A stretch of 32,765 nt of DNA from an uncultured Bacilli bacterium (GCA_944363815.1 CALVVI010000003.1:1-32765); one strand, 5' to 3'; shown: positions 8,123-19,115, numbered from the stretch's first letter. Program-made: numbers and translations. The notes: generated from the sequence alone by a model not told the origin.

Positions 8123-8725
8123 TTATCTGTTATAGAATTCAACAATAAGTTGTTCATTAACTTCAGGATTAAGTTCACTTCTTTCTGGTGTTCTTAAGTA
8201 TTTACCAGTTAAGTTTTTCTTATCCATTTCTAAGAATGCTGGAACAGTTCTATTTTGTTCAAGTGAATCAATAATAGCAGGATGATTCTTAGAGTTTTCT
8301 TTAATAGAAATGATATCTCCAACTTTAATAGTGTAAGAAGGAATATCAACCTTTTTGCCATTTACTAAAATATGGCCATGGTTTACTATTTGACGAGCAC
8401 TTCTTCTTGTTCTAGCCATTCCTAAACGGTATACCATGTTATCAAGTCTTGATTCAAGTAACATAAGTAAATTTTCCCCAGCAATACCTTTCATCTTAGA
8501 AGCTTTTTCAAAAGTATGTCTAAATTGTTTTTCGTTTAAACCATATAAAGTTCTAACTTTTTGTTTTTCTTGCATTTGGATGCCGTATTCACTAAGTTTC
8601 TTACGACGACTTTGACCATGTTGCCCTGGAGCATATGGTCTTTTAGCTAAATCTTTACCATTTTCTAGTGTTGAAAAACCTAATCTTCTAGACTTTTTAT
8701 AAGCTGGTCCTGTGTATCTTGCCAT
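8123..8725 (-). CDS. rpsD: 30S ribosomal protein S4
   Basis: MARYTGP...PYAPGQHG...[13 protein letters not shown]...IVEFYNR. Confidence 0.98.
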   Translation of the reverse strand: MARYTGPAYKKSRRLGFSTLENGKDLAKRPYAPGQHGQSRRKKLSEYGIQMQEKQKVRTLYGLNEKQFRHTFEKASKMKGIAGENLLMLLESRLDNMVYRLGMARTRRSARQIVNHGHILVNGKKVDIPSYTIKVGDIISIKENSKNHPAIIDSLEQNRTVPAFLEMDKKNLTGKYLRTPERSELNPEVNEQLIVEFYNR

Positions 8726-8734
8726 AATTTCTCC

Positions 8735-8870
8735 TTTCTTTATATTTGCAGAAGGTTTATTCGTTATATCAAAGTTATAGGGAGTTTAAATTAATTTTTC
8801 TAGGGCAGTCCTAGATACTTTATTCCGAAGATTCCGGTTTAAACACATTATAATTTGATATAACACTGCC
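8735..8870 (-). promoter_or_regulatory. Structured rpsD 5' leader (likely S4 autoregulatory element)
   Basis: Long inverted repeat gttatatcaaa (8763-8773) / tttgatataac (8854-8864) plus an internal tctagg/cctaga stem upstream of rpsD. Confidence 0.5.
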
Positions 8871-8963
8871 ATAAAACTTGTGCGAATATATTATATAATA
8901 AGTGTATGATTAATGTCAAATAATTTTGGGATAATTATGATATAATGGAGTCGGAGGGTACAA

Positions 8964-9608
8964 ATGAATAAAGATTTACAAAAATATTTAGAAAATGTCA
9001 TTATGCCTAAAAATGATTTGAATGATGCTGCTCATAATAGAGAACATGTAAATTATGTAAGAAGGCGTAGTAAAAAATTTGCTAGTAATATAGAAGGATT
9101 AAATTTGGATATGGTTGATACAATAGCAGTTTATCATGATGTTGGGCATAGTATAGATGCGAAAAATCACGAAATGGTTTCCGCGATTATTTTGGCAAGT
9201 GATGAAAATTTGCGAGACTATTTTAATGAAAAAGAAATTGTAGTGATGGCTCAGGCTGTCGAAGATCATCGAGCAAGTAAGAATAATGAGCCTAGAAGTA
9301 TATATGGACGCATTGTTTCATCTGCAGATAGAAATACTTCTGTGGATCAACTTTTAAGAAGAACATATGCTTACCGTCTTAAACATATGCCAAATGCCAG
9401 TGTTGATGAAATTATTATAGAATCTTGGAAACATGCGGTCAATAAGTTCGGGCGCGAAGGATATGCTATAGAGAAAATGTATTTTTTAGATGATGAATAT
9501 GAACAATTTTTAAAAGATGTGCAAGAATTAACTGATAATCCTATCGAATTTAGAAAAAGATATATTAGTGTTAATGAAATTAATTTAGGAAGATTAAGAA
9601 AAAAATAA
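8964..9608 (+). CDS. HD-domain phosphohydrolase
   Basis: AHNREH...YHDVGH...EDHRAS...SSADR. Confidence 0.8.
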   Translation: MNKDLQKYLENVIMPKNDLNDAAHNREHVNYVRRRSKKFASNIEGLNLDMVDTIAVYHDVGHSIDAKNHEMVSAIILASDENLRDYFNEKEIVVMAQAVEDHRASKNNEPRSIYGRIVSSADRNTSVDQLLRRTYAYRLKHMPNASVDEIIIESWKHAVNKFGREGYAIEKMYFLDDEYEQFLKDVQELTDNPIEFRKRYISVNEINLGRLRKK

Positions 9609-9624
9609 AGAGCCTTTTGGCTCT

Positions 9625-11430
9625 TTATTCAACTGTTACTGATTTAGCTAGATTCCTTGGTTTATCAATATCACATTTATTATTTTTAGCTACTTTGTAA
9701 GCGAGTAATTGAAGAGGGATTATTGTTAAAATGCTTTCTAGTAAAGGGTGAATTTTAGTAATTTTAATAAATTCATCATAAAAATCTTCTTTTGGCTCTT
9801 CATTACTTACATAAATTACATAAGCTCCCCGAGCTTTTACTTCTTTAATATTACTGATTGTTTTTTCAATTAGATTTTTATCAGTAGCAATAGCAATAAC
9901 AGGAGTATTTTTTTCAATTAGAGAAATAGTTCCATGTTTTAATTCTCCAGCTTGATAAGCAACGCTATTGATATAAGATATTTCTTTTAATTTTAAACTT
10001 CCTTCCATTGATAGAGCATAATCAATACCACGTCCGATAAAAAATATTTGTTTATTTTGATATATTTTATCTGCAATGTTAAAGTATGATTCATAATTAG
10101 CAATTGTATCTTTAATTAATTTAGGCATTTTTTCTAAATCAGTAAATATTTTAGCTAATTCATCTTCTTTGATGCATTTATTTTGATATCCTAAATAAAT
10201 AGCCAGTAAACTAAATATAGCTAATTGAGCAAGGTATGCTTTAGTTGTGGCAACAGCTATTTCGCAGCCAGCTTTAATATATATAACATGCTCAGCTTCT
10301 CTAGCAATACTACTACCAATAACGTTAACAATAGCCATAGTAGTTATGCCATCTTCTTTGGCTTTGCGTAAAGCCGCCAGAGTATCAGCGGTTTCACCGG
10401 ATTGAGATACTAATATGACTAAGGTATTTTTATCATAAAAACATTTTTTATAGCGATATTCACTGGCTACTTCAACATTTACTGGAGTGTTTGCATATTC
10501 TTCAATTAGACTTTTGCCAACCAAGCCAGTGTGATAAGCAGAACCGCAGGCAACAATGTCTATTTTGGAAAATTTTTTTAGAAAAGAGAAATTTTTTTCT
10601 AAAGAATCGATAGTTCCATCAAAATAGAAATTAATAGTATCACTAAATACTTTATCTTGTTCATGGATTTCTTTTAGCATAAAGTGTTCGTAACCGTTTT
10701 TAGCAGCAGCAGCAAAAGTTCCTGCAAATGTATTAATCTTTTTATTTATAACTTGTAAGTCTTTGTCATAAACAGTTATTTTATCAGATTCAATTTTGGC
10801 AATTTCATAATCATCTAATAAAATATATTTATTAGTAAATTCTAATATTGCAGGGACATCTGAGGCAATAAAATTGCCATATGCAGCAGATGCAACAATT
10901 AATGGGCTAGTATTGCGCATGGCATAAAGAGTTGATGTATCATCACTACAAAGGATGCCAAAAGCATATGATCCTCGAAATTTTTGACTAGCAATATGTA
11001 GTGTTTTTAAAATATCTTTTTCTTCTTTGTATATATCATCAAAAGTAGCACAAGCAACTTCAGTATCGGTTGCTGATTTGAACTTATATCCTTTATTAAT
11101 TAATTCATTTTTTAATTCACTATAGTTTTCAATAATACCATTATGAACAATGGTAAATTTACCTACAGTATGAGGGTGAGCGTTTGTTTTATTTGCTTCT
11201 CCGTGTGTTGCCCATCTGGTATGACCGATACCATTATAAGCATCTTCATTAAAATTTAAAAGTTTTTTTAGATTGGCAATTTTCCCTTCTTCTTTAATTG
11301 TTTCGATTTTTCCATCTTTAAAATAGGCAATACCAGCGGAATCGTAACCGCGATATTCCAATGCTTCTAAGCCATGAATGATTTTAGGTATACATTTATC
11401 ACGACCTATAAAGCCAATTATTCCACACAT
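9625..11430 (-). CDS. glmS: Glutamine--fructose-6-phosphate aminotransferase
   Basis: MCGIIG start (true ATG at 11430), LEYRGYDSAG, GHTRWATHG, SQSGETADT, PRNLAKSVTVE. Confidence 0.98.
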   Translation of the reverse strand: MCGIIGFIGRDKCIPKIIHGLEALEYRGYDSAGIAYFKDGKIETIKEEGKIANLKKLLNFNEDAYNGIGHTRWATHGEANKTNAHPHTVGKFTIVHNGIIENYSELKNELINKGYKFKSATDTEVACATFDDIYKEEKDILKTLHIASQKFRGSYAFGILCSDDTSTLYAMRNTSPLIVASAAYGNFIASDVPAILEFTNKYILLDDYEIAKIESDKITVYDKDLQVINKKINTFAGTFAAAAKNGYEHFMLKEIHEQDKVFSDTINFYFDGTIDSLEKNFSFLKKFSKIDIVACGSAYHTGLVGKSLIEEYANTPVNVEVASEYRYKKCFYDKNTLVILVSQSGETADTLAALRKAKEDGITTMAIVNVIGSSIAREAEHVIYIKAGCEIAVATTKAYLAQLAIFSLLAIYLGYQNKCIKEDELAKIFTDLEKMPKLIKDTIANYESYFNIADKIYQNKQIFFIGRGIDYALSMEGSLKLKEISYINSVAYQAGELKHGTISLIEKNTPVIAIATDKNLIEKTISNIKEVKARGAYVIYVSNEEPKEDFYDEFIKITKIHPLLESILTIIPLQLLAYKVAKNNKCDIDKPRNLAKSVTVE

Positions 11431-11459
11431 AAAATTTCCTCCATACAAAAAATTTGTAT

Positions 11460-11592
11460 GTGATATATCTTTTGTTACAATTTTGATTTTGTTTTTTTAA
11501 TATATCTAACGACTATACTAATCCGTAACTACATCCGCCGAAAAATTCGATAATAGTTATCCTCGTCACCTTTTATTAGGTCTGGCGCTAAC
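11460..11592 (-). ncRNA. glmS ribozyme
   Basis: Minus strand reads AGCGCCAGACCT...AGGTGACGAGG...TATCGAA...TTCGGCGGATG, the conserved ribozyme core, in the glmS 5' UTR. The 3' boundary is approximate. Confidence 0.9.
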
Positions 11593-11698
11593 AAATAAAT
11601 TTTTCCTCCTTTTATTTTATTTGTTTTTATCATTATATTATATTTTTTTTAGTTTTGTCAAAATATTGTAATTTGAATATAAAAGTAATATAATTTAA

Positions 11699-12259
11699 AT
11701 GGTGAATTTATTGATGAAGAAAAAAGAAAAAGTTACAAAAGTAGAGGTTATTAGCCCTAAAACTAACAATTCGGATAATTTGAGTAAAACTTTGATATTA
11801 GGCTTAGTTGGTTTAGTTTTGTTACTTATTCCAGGTACTTTAAATAAATTAATAGGTATTTTTATTGGGGCTTCCCTGTTAATTGTAGGAATAATTCAAA
11901 TTATTAAATATACTAAAGATAAAGAAAATAATAATTTGATTATGATATCTGGAATACTTTATAGTGTATTAGGGATAATAATTATAATATATCCTTATTC
12001 GATTATTAATTTAGTAACTATATGTTTAGGAGTATATTTGTTAATTAATGGCTTATTAAAGATTAAAGTAGCAATTAATTTAAAAAATATTACTAATAAA
12101 TGGATTGGGACTTTGGTAATGGGAATTGTAACTATTATTTTAGGTATTCTTTTAATATTTAATCCTTTTGCAGGTATAACTATTACGAAGCTTGCTGGGG
12201 CATTTTTAGTAATTGTAGCTATATTTGATTTGGTTGATACTTATGTAATTCAAAAGTAG
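11699..12259 (+). CDS. HdeD/DUF308-like membrane protein
   Basis: Six hydrophobic segments with repeated LGI..I.P motifs. Confidence 0.7.
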   Translation: MVNLLMKKKEKVTKVEVISPKTNNSDNLSKTLILGLVGLVLLLIPGTLNKLIGIFIGASLLIVGIIQIIKYTKDKENNNLIMISGILYSVLGIIIIIYPYSIINLVTICLGVYLLINGLLKIKVAINLKNITNKWIGTLVMGIVTIILGILLIFNPFAGITITKLAGAFLVIVAIFDLVDTYVIQK

Positions 12260-12350
12260 ATGCTTTAAGCATCTTTTAAAATGCAAAAAAACTTGCATGA
12301 TATACTATTTTTGGGTATAATTATTTTAAAGAAAATAGGAAGTGTAATAG

Positions 12351-13592
12351 ATGCGCAAAATAATTGCTAGTTTGGATATAGGTAATCATACTATTAAACT
12401 TGTAGTTGGAGAAATAGTTCGGGGAAAACTAAATATTTTGGCGTGTGTTGATACTCCAGCTCGAGGAATAAAAAAAGGTTTTGTAATTAATCCTGAAAGC
12501 GCTATTTTAGCCTTGGAAGAAGTTTTTAAAAAAGGCGAGGAACAAATTGGCTTACCTATTAAAAAAGTAATTGTTAGTGTACCTAGTAATGGTATTGAAT
12601 GTTTTTTAAGTGAGGGGTATACATCAATAAATAATGAAAGTGGTATTGTTACTAGTAATGATATAGTTAGATCTATGCAAGCAGCTGTTTATAATAAAAT
12701 TATGGATAATCGGGAGTTAGTGAGTATTTTACCAACAAAGTTTTTAATAAATGATAATGAAGTTACAACTAATCCTCTTTCTATGCATGCTGATAAATTA
12801 AATGTTAAAGCTGTAGTGGTAACAGTTCCTAAGAAAAATGTGACACCAATTATAAAGAGTTTGGAAAAAATTGGGGTGGAAGTTGTTGATATTACAATTG
12901 GTGCTTTAGGAGATTATTATGAATTTAAAACTAATAAAAATATTAATGAAGTTGGGGCGGTTATTAATATTGGAGCATCGAAAACTACAGTATCTATTTT
13001 TAATAAAGGGATAATTACGAATAGTGAAGTAATTGATATGGGGGGAGATAATATCGATTATGACTTGGGATACGTTTATAAAATTAATAGAAAAGAGTCT
13101 TTGTTAATAAAAGAAACAATTGCTCTTGCTGATAAAAATATTGCTCAAGCTAATGAAGCAGTGATTGTTGAAGATAAAAATGGTGATAAGATAAAAATCA
13201 ATCAATATAGTGCAAGTGAAATAGTAATGAGCAGGCTTGAAGAAATACTAAATTTAGCAAAAAAACAAATAAATCTCTTAACAAAAAAGCAAATTAGTTA
13301 TATAATTGTTACAGGGGGAGTAACAGAAACTGCAGAATTTAAAAATATAGTCGATTATGTTTTTAAAAATGCAAGTATTGGCGAAGTTAGAGAAATAGGT
13401 GCTAGACATAATAAATATGCTACCTCTGTAGGTCTTATTAAATATTATGATAGTAGACTTAGACTTCGAAATAGAGATTTTTCAATATTTAGTGTTGAAG
13501 AACAAGAAGAATTAAGTGGAATACATAAAAAAGTAAATATTTCCGAAAATTCAATTTTAGGAAAGTTGTTTGGTTACTTTTTTGATAATTAA
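12351..13592 (+). CDS. ftsA: Cell division protein FtsA
   Basis: [21 protein letters not shown]-terminal amphipathic [11 protein letters not shown]; upstream of ftsZ. Confidence 0.95.
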   Translation: MRKIIASLDIGNHTIKLVVGEIVRGKLNILACVDTPARGIKKGFVINPESAILALEEVFKKGEEQIGLPIKKVIVSVPSNGIECFLSEGYTSINNESGIVTSNDIVRSMQAAVYNKIMDNRELVSILPTKFLINDNEVTTNPLSMHADKLNVKAVVVTVPKKNVTPIIKSLEKIGVEVVDITIGALGDYYEFKTNKNINEVGAVINIGASKTTVSIFNKGIITNSEVIDMGGDNIDYDLGYVYKINRKESLLIKETIALADKNIAQANEAVIVEDKNGDKIKINQYSASEIVMSRLEEILNLAKKQINLLTKKQISYIIVTGGVTETAEFKNIVDYVFKNASIGEVREIGARHNKYATSVGLIKYYDSRLRLRNRDFSIFSVEEQEELSGIHKKVNISENSILGKLFGYFFDN

Positions 13593-13597
13593 GGAGA

Positions 13598-14662
13598 ATG
13601 TTTATGAATGGATTACAGATGGATCAAATTGCTAAAATAAAAGTAGTTGGTGTCGGCGGCGGTGGATGTAATGCCGTAAATCGAATGATTGAAGAAGGGG
13701 TAAAGAGCGTTGAATTTTATGTTGTCAATACTGATTTACAAGTTCTAAATAGTTCTTTATGTCCAAATAAAATCCAAATAGGTAAAAATATTACTGGTGG
13801 TCGAGGAGCTGGGGCTAATCCAGAGGTTGGTAGAGCTGCAGCTTTAGAAAGTAAGACTGAGTTAGAAGAAGCTTTACAAGGAGCAGATATGGTTTTTGTT
13901 GCATGTGGCCTTGGTGGTGGTACTGGTACTGGTGCAGCTCCAATTATTGCAGAAATTGCTCAAGAAATGGGATCGCTTACTGTTGGAATTGTGACAAAAC
14001 CATTTAGATTTGAAGGAAAAAGAAGAATGGAAAATGCATTGGTGGGCTTAGAAGAATTAAGACAACATGTTGATTCATTAATCATTATTCCAAATGATCG
14101 CTTAAGAGAAATAATTGATAAAACGACAAGCTTTGATGATGCATTTAAAGAAGTAGATAATGTTTTACACCGTGGGGTACAATCAATATCTGACTTAATT
14201 GCAGTAACTGGGGTAATCAACCTAGACTTTGCAGATGTTAAGACAGTTATGGAAAAAAGTGGTACAGCAATCATTGGTATTGGTTGCAATGCTGGAGAAA
14301 ATAGAGCGATTGAAGCCGCACGTCAAGCGGTTGCTAATAGTTTACTTGAAGCAACAATTGAAGGAGCAACAAATGCAATTGTCAATGTAACTGGTGGTAA
14401 AAATCTTACCTTGTTTGAAATAGAAGATGCTGTTGAAACAGTTAGAGAAGCAGCAAATTCAGATATAAATATTATATTTGGGGCAATAAAGAATGAAAAC
14501 TTAACTGATGAAGTTATTGTTACAGTTATTGCTACCGGATTTGATGAAGAAACTGGGGAAGAAGCTTTATTTAGTGATGAACTTCCTAAAAGAAGAAGTA
14601 AACCACAAGAAGTAGATGATGAATATGAGATTCCACCATTCTTGAGAAGTGATAATTTTTAG
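13598..14662 (+). CDS. ftsZ: Cell division protein FtsZ
   Basis: [29 protein letters not shown]-terminal IPPFLR. Confidence 0.98.
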   Translation: MFMNGLQMDQIAKIKVVGVGGGGCNAVNRMIEEGVKSVEFYVVNTDLQVLNSSLCPNKIQIGKNITGGRGAGANPEVGRAAALESKTELEEALQGADMVFVACGLGGGTGTGAAPIIAEIAQEMGSLTVGIVTKPFRFEGKRRMENALVGLEELRQHVDSLIIIPNDRLREIIDKTTSFDDAFKEVDNVLHRGVQSISDLIAVTGVINLDFADVKTVMEKSGTAIIGIGCNAGENRAIEAARQAVANSLLEATIEGATNAIVNVTGGKNLTLFEIEDAVETVREAANSDINIIFGAIKNENLTDEVIVTVIATGFDEETGEEALFSDELPKRRSKPQEVDDEYEIPPFLRSDNF

Positions 14663-14688
14663 GTTCTAGTTAATCTAGAACTTTTTTT
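14663..14688 (+). terminator. Rho-independent terminator after ftsZ
   Basis: gttctag-ttaat-ctagaac followed by a T-run. Confidence 0.7.
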
Positions 14689-14853
14689 GTGCCATAAAAT
14701 TTTGTTAATTTAAAAAATTATTGATAGTACTTGTGATTTTTTGTAATTTTTGAAGATTTTTTTGCAAAAAAACAAAGGAAATTTTAAAAAATACTGATTT
14801 GCGTTAATTAAAATGTTTTGCTATTATAGGATAAATTTATTACAAGGAGATTT

Positions 14854-15738
14854 ATGAATTATTATAATGAAATAAAAAACGAACTAATAAATAATGAAAT
14901 AACCAAAAAAGTAAAAGATTATAGTAAAAACAGAAGTGATTTAACTACATATTACAATGTTGGCAAGTTGCTTAGTGAAGCAGGTAAGCGTTATGGTGAA
15001 GGTATTATTAAACAGTACTCAATAAAATTAACAAATGAACTAGGAAAAGGTTATACAATTACTAGACTAAAATATATGAGACGATATTATGAAGTGTTGA
15101 CAAAAGGTCCGACATTGTCGGACCTTTTGAGTTATTCACATTATTGTGAATTGATTTGGTTTGAAGATTTTAATAAAATAGAATATTATATAAAAATAAC
15201 TATTGAACAAAATTTATCTGTTAGACAGCTTCGGGAACGAATAAAAAATAAAGAATATGAAAGATTAGATGATATTACTAAAGAAAAATTAATATCTAAA
15301 AAAGTAACTACAGTAGAAGATTTTATTAAAAATCCTATTGTTATTAAAAATAACAATAATAGAGAAATTATTTCTGAAAAAGTATTGCAAAAGCTTATAC
15401 TTGAAAATCTTCCATTTTTTTTAAAAGAATTAGGTAATGGTTTTACATTTGTTGAAAATGAATACAAGATAAAAATAGGTAATAGCTATAATTATGTTGA
15501 TTTTTTACTATTTAATTATGAATTTAATTGTTTTGTAGTAGTTGAACTTAAAGTAACTGAACTTAAAAAAGAACATATAGGTCAAATAGAAGTATATATG
15601 AATTATATAGATAAAAACTTAAGAAAAATAACTCAATATAAAACTATAGGAATTATTATATGTAAGAAGGATAATAAATTTATCACGGAATATTGTAGTG
15701 ATTCTAGAATACTTAGTAAAGAATACAAACTGGTTTAG
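14854..15738 (+). CDS. DUF1016/YhcG-family PD-(D/E)XK nuclease, copy 1
   Basis: YYNVGK, LSYSHY, LSVRQL, FLKELGNGFTFV, VDFLLFN, VVVELK, GQIEVYMNY, TIGIIICK. Confidence 0.9.
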   Translation: MNYYNEIKNELINNEITKKVKDYSKNRSDLTTYYNVGKLLSEAGKRYGEGIIKQYSIKLTNELGKGYTITRLKYMRRYYEVLTKGPTLSDLLSYSHYCELIWFEDFNKIEYYIKITIEQNLSVRQLRERIKNKEYERLDDITKEKLISKKVTTVEDFIKNPIVIKNNNNREIISEKVLQKLILENLPFFLKELGNGFTFVENEYKIKIGNSYNYVDFLLFNYEFNCFVVVELKVTELKKEHIGQIEVYMNYIDKNLRKITQYKTIGIIICKKDNKFITEYCSDSRILSKEYKLV

Positions 15739-15747
15739 GGGGTACAA

Positions 15748-16629
15748 ATGAATTATTATAAGGAAATCAAAAATGAACTAATAAATAATGAAATAACTAA
15801 AAGAGTTAAAGATTATAGTAAAAATAGAAGTGACCTTACTGCTTACTATAATGTTGGCAAGTTACTTAGTGAAGCTGGTAAACATTATGGTGAAGGTGTT
15901 ATTAAAGAATATTCTGAAAAGTTAATTAAAGAACTTGGAAAAAAATATTCTTATAGATCACTAAATTATATGTTAAGATTTTATAATTTTCAAAATTTGC
16001 AGTCAATAACTGCAAATTTGACATGGGGACATTGGATTGAATTACTTTCAATTAAAGATATCAATAAGATAAAGTATTATATTAAACAATGTGAAAACCT
16101 GTTGTTAACGACTAGACAATTGCGTGAACGAATAAAAAATAAAGAATATGAAAGGTTAGATGAAGTTACCAAAAGTAAATTAATAGATGATGTTTCTCCA
16201 ACAATTGTAGACTTAATCAAAAATCCCATTGTTATAAAGAATAACAATAATAAAGAAATGCTTTCAGAGAAAGTGTTGCAAAAGATTATATTAGAAGATT
16301 TAGATGATTTCTTAAAAGAATTAGGTGATTCATTTTGTTATATTGCTAATGAATACAAAATAAAAATTGGTAATAGCTATAATTACATCGATTTACTCCT
16401 TTATAATATTAAATTTAATTGCTATGTTGTAGTAGAACTAAAAGTAACTGAACTTAAAAAAGAACATATTGGTCAAATAGAAGTATATATGAATTATATA
16501 GATAAAAACTTAAAAGGTGTTATGCAAGATAAAACAATTGGAATTATTATATGTAAGAAAGATAATAAATTTATAATGGAATATTGTAGTGATAAAAGAA
16601 TTTTAAGCAAAGAATATCAACTTATATAG
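15748..16629 (+). CDS. DUF1016/YhcG-family PD-(D/E)XK nuclease, copy 2
   Basis: Same motifs (LTWGHW, IDLLLYN, VVVELK). Confidence 0.9.
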   Translation: MNYYKEIKNELINNEITKRVKDYSKNRSDLTAYYNVGKLLSEAGKHYGEGVIKEYSEKLIKELGKKYSYRSLNYMLRFYNFQNLQSITANLTWGHWIELLSIKDINKIKYYIKQCENLLLTTRQLRERIKNKEYERLDEVTKSKLIDDVSPTIVDLIKNPIVIKNNNNKEMLSEKVLQKIILEDLDDFLKELGDSFCYIANEYKIKIGNSYNYIDLLLYNIKFNCYVVVELKVTELKKEHIGQIEVYMNYIDKNLKGVMQDKTIGIIICKKDNKFIMEYCSDKRILSKEYQLI

Positions 16630-16636
16630 GAGGATT

Positions 16637-17527
16637 ATGAATTATTATAACGAAATAAAAAATGAATTAATAAATAATGAAATAACTAAAAGAGTAAAAG
16701 ATTATAGTAAGAATAGAAGTGACTTAACTACTTATTATAATGTAGGTAAGTTACTTAGTGATGCTGGTAAACATTATGGTGAAGGCGTTATTAAAGAATA
16801 TTCTGAAAAGTTAATTAAAGAACTTGGAAAAAAATATAGTATAAGAGTTTTATACAAGATGCTGAAATTTTATAATTTTATAACGGATAAAAAATTGCCG
16901 ACAGTGTCGGCAAAATTGACTTGGAGTCATTTTGATGAATTATTAAAACTTAAAAATATTAATTCGATATATTATTATATGTTAATATCTGATCAACAAA
17001 ATTTATCAGTAAGACAACTTCGTGAACGAATTAAAAATAAGGAATATGAAAGATTAGATGATATTACTAAAGAAAAATTAATGTCTAAAAAAGTAACTAC
17101 AGTAGAAGATTTTATTAAAAATCCTATTGTTATAAAAAATTCCATTAATAAAGAAATAATTTCTGAAAAAGCATTGCAAAGAATTATTATGGAAGATTTA
17201 CCATCTTTTTTAAAAGAACTAGGTAATGGTTTTACATTTGTTGAAAATGAGTACAAAATAAGAATAGGTAATAGTTACAATTACATTGATTTATTACTTT
17301 ATAATATTAAATTGAATTGTTATGTAGTTGTAGAACTTAAAGTAACTGAACTTAAAAAAGAACATATTGGTCAAATAGAAGTATATATGAATTATATAGA
17401 TAAAAACTTAAAAGATATTATGCAAGATAAAACAATTGGAATTATCATATGTAAGAAAGATAATAAATTTATTATGGAATATTGTAGTGATAAAAGAATA
17501 TTAAATAAAGAATATAAATTTGTATAG
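16637..17527 (+). CDS. DUF1016/YhcG-family PD-(D/E)XK nuclease, copy 3
   Basis: Same motifs (LTWSHF, IDLLLYN, VVVELK). Confidence 0.9.
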   Translation: MNYYNEIKNELINNEITKRVKDYSKNRSDLTTYYNVGKLLSDAGKHYGEGVIKEYSEKLIKELGKKYSIRVLYKMLKFYNFITDKKLPTVSAKLTWSHFDELLKLKNINSIYYYMLISDQQNLSVRQLRERIKNKEYERLDDITKEKLMSKKVTTVEDFIKNPIVIKNSINKEIISEKALQRIIMEDLPSFLKELGNGFTFVENEYKIRIGNSYNYIDLLLYNIKLNCYVVVELKVTELKKEHIGQIEVYMNYIDKNLKDIMQDKTIGIIICKKDNKFIMEYCSDKRILNKEYKFV

Positions 17528-17559
17528 AAAAAACAGATTAAATGAATGGAGGTAATTTA

Positions 17560-18885
17560 ATGTTAGATGTTATTGAAGATATAAGAAATGAATTTAAAAT
17601 AAAATTAACTGATGATTTAGAAAAAGAAGTAATTGCTTTTTTAAATACTCAAGGAGGCAATATATTTATTGGAGTTGATGATACTGGTAATGTTGTTGGG
17701 CTTAATTTAGATGTAGATTTGTTACAAAGAACAATAAAGGATCGTATTAAAGATAATATTATGCCATCAACAATAGGTTTATATGATGTTGCAGTATTAG
17801 ATTATGAAGATAAAAAATATATTAAAATAATTGTTGCTAGGGGAGTAGAAAGACCATATTATTTAAAAGGGATGGGGATGACTCCAGAAAGTTGTTTTAT
17901 GCGTGTTGGTAGTGCAGTTCAAAGTATGCCATATGATATTATAAATAATACTTTTGTAAAAAGGGTTAGAAATTCATTAAAGAAAATAGAATCTCCAGAG
18001 CAGGATTTATCTTTTACGCAATTGAAAATATATTATGAAGAGAAAAAAATTATTGTTAATGATAATTTTTTGAGGCAGTTAGGTTTTTTCACAGATGATG
18101 GTTTATATAATATGAATGCATTTTTGCTTTCTGATAATAACAATATTCCCATTAGATTTGGAAAATATAGTGGGACACAAGCAATTGATTTGATAGAAAA
18201 TGAAGATTTCGGTTGTTGTTCTATTGTTAAGGCAACTAAAAGTATGTTAGAGAAACTAAAGATAGAAAATAAAATATATACTAAAGTAGGGTATCCACAG
18301 AGGAAAGAAATTGAAATGTTTGATTTTGATGCAGTTAGAGAAGCGGTCATTAATGCTATTGTTCATAATGATTGGGCGAATGGTTATGCTCCAAAAGTAG
18401 AAATGTTTAGTGATAGGTTAGCAGTATCATCAAATGGTGGTATACAAGATAATATAACTGAGGAAGATTTTTTAAAGGGATTTTCTTTGCCTAAAAATCC
18501 TGAGTTAATGAAAGTATTTAGAGATTTGGAATTAGTAGAACAAATGGGTACTGGAATTATTAGAATTCTTAAAAGTTATTCTAAGCAATCTTTTGAATTT
18601 TTCCCAAATTTTATAAGAGTCAGTTTTCCCTTTAAGAAAAACAAATTTGATGAATCAAAGAAAATGGAGTTTAAAGATAAAGTTAATTTATCTATTACGC
18701 AGCAAGCAATTGTTAAATTAATGAGTGATAATCCTAGAATTACTCAAAAAGAGTTAGCTAGACTTTTAGATATTACAGTTAGAGCAATACAAAAAAATAT
18801 AAAGTCCCTTATTGATTTAGGTGTAATTCAAAGATGGGGATCAGATAGAAAGGGAAAATGGAAAATCAATTCTAATAATTTATAG
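17560..18885 (+). CDS. AlbA_2 (Schlafen-like) + HATPase_c_4 + C-terminal wHTH protein
   Basis: NEFK...KEVIAFLNTQGGNIFIGVDD; REAVINAIVHNDW; VEQMGTGI; ITQKELA...RWGSDRKGKW. Start at 17560 after GGAGG. Confidence 0.85.
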   Translation: MLDVIEDIRNEFKIKLTDDLEKEVIAFLNTQGGNIFIGVDDTGNVVGLNLDVDLLQRTIKDRIKDNIMPSTIGLYDVAVLDYEDKKYIKIIVARGVERPYYLKGMGMTPESCFMRVGSAVQSMPYDIINNTFVKRVRNSLKKIESPEQDLSFTQLKIYYEEKKIIVNDNFLRQLGFFTDDGLYNMNAFLLSDNNNIPIRFGKYSGTQAIDLIENEDFGCCSIVKATKSMLEKLKIENKIYTKVGYPQRKEIEMFDFDAVREAVINAIVHNDWANGYAPKVEMFSDRLAVSSNGGIQDNITEEDFLKGFSLPKNPELMKVFRDLELVEQMGTGIIRILKSYSKQSFEFFPNFIRVSFPFKKNKFDESKKMEFKDKVNLSITQQAIVKLMSDNPRITQKELARLLDITVRAIQKNIKSLIDLGVIQRWGSDRKGKWKINSNNL

Positions 18886-18897
18886 TATTAGAATTGA

Positions 18898-19051
18898 TTT
18901 TCTACGAACTTTTCTACGAACTTTTCTACGAACTTTTCTACGAACTTTTCTACGAACTTTTCTACGAACTTTTCTACGAACTTTTCTACGAACTTTCTTA
19001 CGAACTTTTCTACGAACTTTCTTGCGAACTTTCTTACGAACTTTCTTACGA
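18898..19051. repeat. 12-bp tandem repeat (TTTTCTACGAAC / TTTCTTACGAAC), 12 full copies + 1 partial
   Basis: Read directly: first 8 units identical, later units degenerate; no spacers. Confidence 0.98.
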
Positions 19052-19115
19052 CGTTTTGAAATTTGTTCTTGCTAATAAAAAAATTTCCCAAACAATGGTT
19101 GGAAAATTTAGTTGG

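Noticed and set aside
18898-19051. CRISPR array
   Set aside because: Contiguous 12-bp units with no unique spacers and no cas genes.
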